The position numbers and the translations under genes were made by a program. A model generated the notes under the pieces. That model was not told where the DNA came from. It did no database searches and saw only the letters and a program-made list of their open reading frames with translations. Below, piece after piece: positions 52,003 through 61,195 of a stretch of DNA of 64,000 nucleotides (positions are counted from its first letter, which is position 1; each line of letters starts with the position of its first letter). The DNA is from Eledone cirrhosa (taxonomy: Eukaryota), in assembly GCA_964016885.1 (NCBI GenBank), contig OZ024741.1, positions 268,274,001-268,338,000 on the forward strand, written 5' to 3'.

Positions 52003-52402
52003 CACATATATATGTTTATATATATATACATTAATAAATTGAATATCACAATACCACTAGCTGCTTCACACAATGCATGGTGCTGCAACATCGTGCCACT
52101 CAATGTTAGCCGGGGTTAAAGAGATGGAATTTGGTAATGAGGTGGTAAAAATTGAACAAATTCATCAGAGCAATTAACAACATTTCAATATGATTAGCGA
52201 CTTAATGATCATCAAATCATCGAATAACGACATCAAAGTTATTGATATATCCCACAAATTAATTATGGTCATTAACAAAAATTAATATAGCTAACATTAA
52301 ACAATTGATAATTGGGTCAATTGGGAAGAAGACCAAAGAATATACATATGTGTGTTTATATATATATATATACTTTGTGATCCTGTCTCTATGTTAGTAC
52401 TC

Positions 52403-52430
52403 CTGAAGAAGGACTAAAGCCCGACACGTC
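52403..52430 (+). ncRNA. Degenerate ultra-minimal hammerhead (family F); relative at 58419-58446
   Basis: CTGAAGA aggactaaagccc GACAC GTC and CTGACAA aggactaacgtcc AAAAC ATT; each has core substitutions. Confidence 0.4.
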
Positions 52431-52505
52431 AAACTTTCTTTCTCCTTTTCCATATAAAGTGTGAAACTAATAAGACTTTTTGTACCTCTGTTTGTTGTCT
52501 CCTTG

Positions 52506-52568
<63 letters not shown>

Positions 52569-52823
52569 TATATATATATATATGTGTGTGTGTATGTTTG
52601 GAAATACAGCCAAGAGAATGGTTGTTTAATAAATAACATATAGTAGGGTGTATCTATTTGTTCAAGGCTGAGAGTTTCTTGCTATGTGCTTCTTCAGGCA
52701 ACAAATATAAAGATACACCCATGTATGCGTACCCATACATACATGCACACATATGCACATACATATGCATACACACACACATATATATATGTATATATAT
52801 ATATATATGTATATATGTATATA

Positions 52824-52908
<85 letters not shown>

Positions 52909-53031
52909 GTATATATATATATATAAGTATTGAAGTTTCCGTTGAAAATTGAAAAAGTCATAGGAGTGAAGAGTGCTCTATGTAAGTGCCAGAGCTAAAT
53001 TTAATGTATAATAAACAATGCAATATAATTA

Positions 53032-53099
53032 CCTCATTACCAGAGGTTTCCCGAATAAGACGAATACGAAAAACGTCCTCATTCGTTCGTCGGATAAGG
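53032..53099 (-). ncRNA. Type I hammerhead in PLE pLTR (family B, U4C variant)
   Basis: ccttat CCGACGA a-cgaatgag..cttattcg-g GAAACC tct GGTA atgagg. Confidence 0.7.
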
Positions 53100-53857
53100 C
53101 AATTTAAAATATAGTGAAATATTTGAAAAATCTCCCCAAGAAAGGCAAAAGTTTAACGAGCCAAAAAAATATAAATAAAAGTAATGCAAGAGATATATAA
53201 AAAAATAAGGAAATATAGTTAGGGTATGTGTATACATGTGTGTATATTCACTCACAAATGTACATATGTGTGTATATACAAATGCATGTGTATAGTGAAA
53301 AAACATGTGCGAAAGTACATATATGAGGGTAAGCATATCAGTGTATGTGTGACCACAAATACGTATATATGTTGAAAAAGGAATTGTAAGATAATAGAGT
53401 TAACGTACATCCAGATACAGGTATTAAGGAATGAAATATACACACGTACAAGTATGAAAGCACGCGTATAAACACACACGCGCGCGATCACACACATGCG
53501 AGTGATGTATAGAGGGAAGGGAGTCTATCAGCCAAAAGGGTGTCAGTCTGGGGCTCGTTACATATAAAAATGAAACAATATAAGAGAATAAAAAATTTTA
53601 AATCAAAGAGAAAGTAAGAGGGAGGGGTTATCAATTATAAATTAACACTAGAAAAAAAGAAAACAAACATAGGTTCGTACGTACACACACATATATATAT
53701 ATATAAATATATATATATAAATACGTACAGACAAAAGCACATACATACACACGTAGCACATATATATATATATATATATATCGGCACATGTATATCTAAT
53801 CACAAGTACGTACGCGACTATATATATATATATACATATATACACACATACATACAC

Positions 53858-53896
<39 letters not shown>

Positions 53897-54274
53897 CATA
53901 AACACATACATTCACCCATACACACACACACACGTATATATAAGTATGTAAAAAACATAGATATAAAAACACACACACACACACACATATATACACACAC
54001 ACGCACACATACGGAGACGTTCGTATACATATACAGAACGCATACACATACATGCACACACACACGCATAGATACAAATTATAAACCAGCCGTATGAATA
54101 AATGAGTACAAATATAAAAGCGGCTGCGAAGCAACAGAATATATCTGAAGTTGAAAACACAAGTGACATGTGGTAACAAGTAGTGAAAGAAAATGTGGAA
54201 GTAAAATGTGGAATTGTGAAGATATTAGGTAAGTGAATCAAAAAGTAGGGGGGGGCACTGGTGGATGTGAAGTA

Positions 54275-54395
54275 AAAATAAATAAAAATAAAAATAAAAA
54301 TAAAAATAAAAATAAAAATAAAAATAAAAATAAAAATAAAAATAAAAATAAAAATAAAAATAAAAATAAAAATAAAAATAAAAATAAAAATAAAG
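54275..54395. repeat. (AAAAAT)n microsatellite in the PLE 3' region
   Basis: About 19 copies. Confidence 0.95.
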
Positions 54396-56245
54396 TTAAA
54401 AATAAATTAGAAAGAGAAGTCTGTAAAGAGGATAATTAAAGGAAAGTGAAGAACAAGAGTTTATGAGTTAAGTTTATATGAGCTGGAAAGCAAGTGTGAT
54501 TTCATGTGTGGGCAACTGGTGAAAATTTCTGTTTTTGCATTTAGGCAGGTTTTTTGGTGATATAATGTTTTGTAAAATCCAATATTTTTCACTTTGCAGA
54601 GTGCGCATCTTCTTGTTCCTCTTTCATATTCTTTAGATTGGTTCAAAATTGACCAATCTAATTTATATTGGATACCTTGGTCTTTCAAATCCCATATTCT
54701 GCTAGCCAGAGCTGTTGTAAATCTTTTTTCAGGATGTCGGAAAGATGCGATATGTGAGTAATAACGCGTTTTGAATTTGTCTTGTGTCATACCCACATAT
54801 CGTTCGCTGGTGGCTGGTAGGTTGTTGCTGATGGTTAGCTGCATATACAATGGCTTTGGTGTTGCATTTACCTTGTAACGAGCATTCACTTTTGACTCTA
54901 CAGGAGCAATTTTGATGTTCTCTGGGTGTTTTCTTATTGAGGATATAAGATTTAATAGGGGGACCGCAGGAATAGCTAATTTTGACACAGTTTCTATTGA
55001 AGATCTTATAGTATCTATTTGTTCTAGGGAAATGTTTATCTAAGAGCTCTAGGAATGTTTTGCCTACATTAGTTTTAACTGCTAAAGAGTAGGGGTGTGT
55101 GAACCAGATTATTTTTCTTTTCCTATTATTATATTTAAAGGAGTTAGTATTATTGGGTATGTACTTAATCGGTTCGCTGAATCCGCTATTTTGAAGGGCT
55201 TTATTATAGTAGGGGGATGCCTTATTGAAAATAGCTTCTGAGGAAGAGAGGGTGGATATCCTATGGCTAATATTAGGGATAAGGTTTTTAAAAACTATAG
55301 GAGGATGGTAAGAGCCTTTATTTATATATTTTAAATTTTCATTGGGTTTATGGTATGGTTTATAAGAAGCAATAGGCAGATCTAGGTTTATATCTAGAAA
55401 ATTAACATTGGAAAGGTTAGTGTCAATAGTAATTTTAAGATTAAAACTAGCGAAGGTTTTTATTAAGTCTTTCCTTAATCTATCTAAGTTATGGCCTATG
55501 GTGGTATGGGAAAGTATTAGACCATCGTCGCGATAAAGCCCAAATGTATGGTTAGGGAATTTCTCTTTAAGTGTGTGTGTAGGAGGAATATTATATATAT
55601 ATATATATATATATATGCAGGATACAGATTAAGACCTTTAGAAGCACAAGTACTGAAAAGATTATGGTACCTCCATATTTGTGTATGGAACAAGCTCCTA
55701 TATTCTGTACTAGGAAAATACTCTGTGCCCCCCCCCCCCAACTGAAACCCTAAACATGTGCTTACTTTGCATAATTGTTTAATCCAGGGTTGCATATGTG
55801 GTAGCTGTTACACTTCTCCGGGATGTTTGATACACAGATCCCACCCATCACCACCACCACCACTGTTTACCCCCACCATCATGTCACCCCCCCCCCCACC
55901 TACTGTACCGCTTTCTGGTTATGTCTACCACTGCTAAAATCATCTTCCCACATCCTTGAAAAGTCTCTGTTGTTTTGCCTGAATGTCTATCAGTAATTCT
56001 ATCTCTTTCTTTCTTTCTCTCTCTCTCTCACTCCACCCCAACAACCCCACCTGTCTTTCTGCCAACCCTGCAACCCCTAGATCCCCCCCACCCGCCCTGG
56101 CATTTGACACACTTAAATTTTTTTTTAATTTATACTTACCCAGCTTTTTTTTTCTTCAACATGACCCAGCAAATCTCTCCCCTTAGTGTTGAACTCAAGT
56201 ACATTGGTTTGACATAGACACAAGCCCCCATCCACACATGTATGC

Positions 56246-56312
<67 letters not shown>

Positions 56313-56974
56313 ATATAAACATATATATATTGTAAAGGGTCAGTGCCCAACGGCTGAGTGCATATTTATATATGTATATATGTGTGTATGTGTGTGTGTG
56401 TGTTGCAAAATGAAAATAAAATCGAAGATAGGTTGTTAAATAGTTCATTGTTTTACGATCGTTTCAAAGGGTTAATTGATCATGGTAGATCGATATATCA
56501 ACTAGCAGGTTGTGGTTATGTCGCTACCTGTCTCTAGTTTCAAAATAACTGATTTATCGCACTGTCTTCTTCAAAAACAATGTATATGTATACATAATGT
56601 AAAGAGTTAGTGCTCAATGCTTGCATGTGTTGGATCCATTCTTCTCAGCTTGACATCTCTCCAGTTGCTGTGTTCCTTCATCATATATATATATATATAT
56701 ATATATGATATGTCACAATGATATGTCACATACTACACAGACTCGGCATAACTGGAAAAGTAGGTGAGTGGCTGCATGATTTCTTAAAAGACAGAAGCCA
56801 GACAGTTGCAGCAAATGGGGTCATTTCAAATACACGACGCATCACCTGGTCTGAGAATCAAACTCATAACCTCAAAATTACAAGCAGAATGCTCTAACCA
56901 CTAAGCAATGCAATACCATATACCACATATGATTATGATTGAAAAATAAGGTTTTTCAATGGTTCAATGTTATT

Positions 56975-57450
56975 TGGACTAGTTTATAGCAATTCTGATG
57001 ACCTTCCTCTTTTGTACAGTAGATACTTGGTAGGGATTTCTTCTTCCTAGATTGCCTTGGAGACATCCTTCAAGCTGGGATGTTAATTCATTTAAGATAC
57101 ATTTCTCCCAGCCCACCATCAATTGTTTTATGCCAGGTGCTCTTTGCTTATCAAGGCCTTTGCTTTTCATGTGTTGGCCACCTTAATGCTATCTTTGCTA
57201 TTCTGTCTTAGTCAATGCTCAGTATGTGGCCTAGTTATCTGAGCTGCCAACATTTTATTAAAAGAAAAAAGCACTATTGTAACAAGTTTTGCAGAAATGT
57301 TCCTCAGTTGATGGTTTTTTGGCCAGAAGATGTAGCAAATTTTTTCTCATCCACCCATTGTGGAAAGCATTGATCTTATGTCCACTTTAACCACTTGCCA
57401 ACCTTCTGAGCCATACATCAGGACAGGACATATTACCACATACCTGATAG
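56975..57450 (-). mobile_element. Decayed RTE-like LINE 3' fragment (another family)
   Basis: AFHNGWMRKICYIFWP..QLR*LGHIL..RIAKIALRW. Confidence 0.6.
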
Positions 57451-57576
57451 CCTAAATGTCAGACTATTACTTATCCTGTTCTACAATAACAATCATCATC
57501 ATATCCCTTTTTTCATGCTTGCCAGTTCATAACATCCCAGCTTGAAGGATGTATCCAAGTAATCCAGGAACAAGAA

Positions 57577-58190
57577 ATGCCTACTAAATACCTACTGTAC
57601 AAAAAAGGAAGGTCATCAGTTGACAATAAATATAAGCTAAACAAAATAAAGACTGAAGATATTAGCTGCATTATTGCCAACGGTGAAAGAATGTATTCTT
57701 TTTATTACCTTCCAATGAGACATAATGTGATAGATAGAATGATTTGCAATGCATCGCGGAAGATGAAACTAAAATCAAATAAGGAGGAATATGTTGAGAT
57801 TTATGGCTCAAATGAATACTGGTGGAACATAAAAATAAAAATTGTCACCAAATTAAAAAACAACCGGCTTGATATTGTTGTTTGAGACCACACATTAAAA
57901 ACATACTCTGTTGTAGAGATCAGCTGCCCACTTGATGTCAGTGTGGTAAGAAAAATACAAAAAAAGGAGGATACCTATGGACCATTGATGAGGAATTTGT
58001 AGATCTAGTATCCAGCTTTATACCCATTATTATTGGAACTACAGGATATATACCAACCCACCTGACCCGAAGTTTAACTGAACTTGGTTTTGTGGAAAAA
58101 GAATGCAGCTCCTTAATTCATAAGCTACAAATGGCTGCAATATCTGGAACCTTCAAAATTTTAAAAACATTCTTATGATTCAAAATATGA
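57577..58190 (+). mobile_element. R4/Dong-like non-LTR 3' end with restriction-like endonuclease
   Basis: YYLPMRHNVI..NNRLDIVV*D..VVEISCPLD..KKEDTYGPLMRNL..IPIIIGTTG..ISGTFKILKTFL (PD..E/D-K RLE pattern). Confidence 0.75.
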
Positions 58191-58789
58191 ATGCTTACAC
58201 AAGAGACAACAATTTCCTTTTCTTTACACCCTTGCCACAGGGAAAGTGACTGGTCAAAAATACTCAAAATTAAGGGAAAGAGAGAACATACATACATACA
58301 ATACATACATACACACATACAAGCATGAAAATAGATGTTTAACAGTGAATTTTCTACAAACGTTTTTTCCATTTTTTCTTTTTCTTTCTATTCCTTCTTT
58401 TATTTCTCATTCTATCTTCTGACAAAGGACTAACGTCCAAAACATTGAGACTCTTTTCCTAATACATCAAACGTTAAACAAGTATATATCTTCAGTGTAT
58501 TTTATCATTTGGTGTATTGTTTTCCGTTTCATTTTTGCACACACACACATATAAACACACTCACAGAAACCTTTTTACACATATATATGTATGAGTATAA
58601 TAATAATTGTTTCTACTTTTGGCACAAGGCCACAATTACCACATTACTGGTACTTTATTTTATCGACCCCGTAAGGATGAAAGGCAAAGTTAACCTCGGC
58701 AGGATTTGAACTCAGAATGGCAAGGACCTGTACAAATGTCATTAAAGTGAACAGTGTATGAATCATGATATACATGTGTGTGTATGGAG

Positions 58790-59410
58790 GGGGATATCAG
58801 GTGTAGTGTTGGCAAATTTCAGGAAGCATGGAGGTTTTAAAGGATGCAGTATCTTGGCAGCTAACAACTGATGCAGGTAGTTTGTTCCATGCTTCATCAA
58901 CTCTGAGCATGGAAAAAATGTTTCCGAAAGTCATGGGAGCTGTGCTGTTTTCTGACTTTGTAGGCATGCCCATGTGTGTTAGACACATGGAGATCAAAAA
59001 GTTGCTCAGGGTTGTTGTTGGCAAGATGGTTAATAATTTTGTGGGTATTTACCAAGTCAGTTGCCAGATGTCGAAGCTTCAATGTATCCATGCCCAGGGA
59101 AGCAAGGTGTTCTGAGTATGGTAGATGCCTGATGGAAGGTATTTGCTTGGTTTCACGTCTCTGAACAGTTTCCAGGGGGTCAATGTTCTGAGCAAGATAG
59201 GGGTTCCAGACTGGTGATACAAATTCTAAGTGTGGCCGCACCATAGCTATATACAACTTTAAATAGATAGCTGGAGAGTCGCTGACAAAGGTGTTGCTGA
59301 GTGATGCCAAGACACCCTCTGCTTTCTTGACAATTTTAGAGATGTGCTTTGCCCAACGCAAATCACTGCTGACAGTAATGCCCAGGTCACGTTCACAAGA
59401 AGACTTCTTG
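58790..59410 (-). mobile_element. CR1-clade LINE 3' end; small CR1-like RT piece also at 56745-56828 (+)
   Basis: ERDLGITVSSDL..LYIAMVRPHLEFVSPVWNPY..LETVQRR..FRKHFF..RVDEAWNKLP. Confidence 0.88.
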
Positions 59411-59957
59411 ATATTAGTATGTGTGCATATATACAGGGAACAGTTTGTATGCATATTTATGTGTGTGTGGTGTGGTGTGTGTGTGAGTGTGTGTATACTT
59501 GTATGCAGAGAGCTACTCACATGTTTGAATATGTGAGAACAGGTGTATAAGTATAAATGTGAATTTATATGTTGAAGAAATTTCAATATATATTATTATC
59601 AGTACATTGTGTATAAATAACTGTACTTAACTTTAAAAATTACTATAGACAACTGTGTACATATTTATTTAACTGAATACACCAATGCACATGTACATAA
59701 TTGTATACAGTACGTAATTGTATATACATATACACATTTATAACCCATTATATACAAGAGCAACTGCACAAATGTGTATACATCTCTACACATCTATATC
59801 TTACTATATACACCAGTAAGAGTATATAGGTGTATATAATTCTACACACCAGTGATAGTACAGACAAATATATAGCCAATGTATATAGCATGTTGTAACT
59901 GTAATATAGATTTCTTTATTTTCCACAAAGGCGCATATAATATATTGTATAGATCAC

Positions 59958-59996
<39 letters not shown>

Positions 59997-60082
59997 ACTA
60001 TATATGTGTGTGTGCACTATATGTGTGTGTGTGTGTGAGTGTGTGAGTGTGGGTGTGTGTGTGCACTATATATATGTGTGTG

Positions 60083-60425
60083 TGAAGGCACATGGCTTAG
60101 TTGTGAGAGCAATGGGCTCGTAATCGTGAGGTTGTGTGTTCAATTCTCAGATCGAGTGATGTGTAGTGTCCTTGAGCAAGACACTTTATTTCACGTTGCT
60201 CCAGTTTACTCAGCTGTAGAAATGAGTTGCGATGTCACTGGTGCCAAATTATATTGGCCATTGCCTTTCCCTTGGTCAACACTGGTGGTGTGGAGAGGGG
60301 AGACTGGTATGTATGGGTGACTGCATGTCTTTCACAAACATACCTTGCCCGGACTTGTGCTGCGGAGGGGGAACTTTCTAGGTAAAAATCCCATGGTCAT
60401 TCGTGACCGAAGGGGGTCTTTACCC
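60083..60425 (+). mobile_element. Full-length tRNA-derived CORE-like SINE
   Basis: tggcttagttg A-box, gttcaattc B-box, gtgtccttgagcaagacact core. Confidence 0.8.
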
Positions 60426-60553
60426 TTTTTTATATATATACATACATATATATATATATTTATATATGCAAAGTTTTATTTAAATTGTTGGGTTACAACG
60501 AGTAAATATTTATAACTGATATAAAAGCACTCAACAAGTATTTGGAGTATATT

Positions 60554-60871
60554 TACGATATTAAATAAATGGAAACTATATTTATAAAACCATATTTATT
60601 TCATTATATTATGCCTTCTTCAGACAAAATACAATATAAACAGTCTTATAAATAGATAGATTCGACATACCTTTCAACTTCATCTTCCAAATCAACTTTT
60701 TAAATGGAAGATGAAGTTGAAAGGTATGTCGAATCTATCTATTTATAAGACTGTTTATATTGTATTTTGTCTGAAGAAGGCATAACATATTTTTAATATG
60801 ATATCCCTGAAATATATATAATGAAATAAATATGGTTTTATAAATATAGTTTCCATTTATTTAATATCGTA
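60554..60871. repeat. Fold-back palindrome (~136/167-bp arms, 15-bp spacer); left arm lacks part of the HHR
   Basis: tacgatattaaataaatgg...catcttcca / tggaagatg...ccatttatttaatatcgta; flanked by TA-rich tracts. Confidence 0.92.
60763..60828 (+). ncRNA. Type I hammerhead ribozyme (family D-like)
   Basis: tattttgt CTGAAGA agg..catatt-ttt-aatatg..cct GAAA tatata TA atgaaata; palindromic stem III ATATATAT. Confidence 0.82.
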
Positions 60872-61195
60872 TATATTTATATATATATCTTCTTCATTCT
60901 TCTTCTTATTTCTGAGCAGGTCATGGGGGAAGAGTCCTCAAACACTCCTTCCAGCAGGTCCTGTCAGAAGCAACCATCTCCAACTGATCCGGCTGGATCA
61001 CCAAGTGTGACAAGCCAAGCTCATAGATCTTATCCAAACATCTTGCTCGGGATCTACTCCTGGGTCTCTTGCTGGCTCATAAAATCTGACCAGCGATTCT
61101 TTCCTGAGACATTCTAACCACATGCCGTTAGTATCGGAGCTGTGAGCTCTCAATTTAAATATATATATATATATATATATATAAGCAAACTTTAA

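Larger units (their letters stand above)
52925..55550 (-). mobile_element. 5'-truncated Penelope-like element (RT from YRDD, thumb, GIY-YIG, 3' region, HHR pLTR), ending at (TA)n
   Basis: GLYRDDGL..VNFLDINLDL..YKPYHKPN; ORF 54461-54988 LYMQLTI..RYVGMT..FKTRYYSH..CALC..LNAKTEIFTSCPH. Confidence 0.92.
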
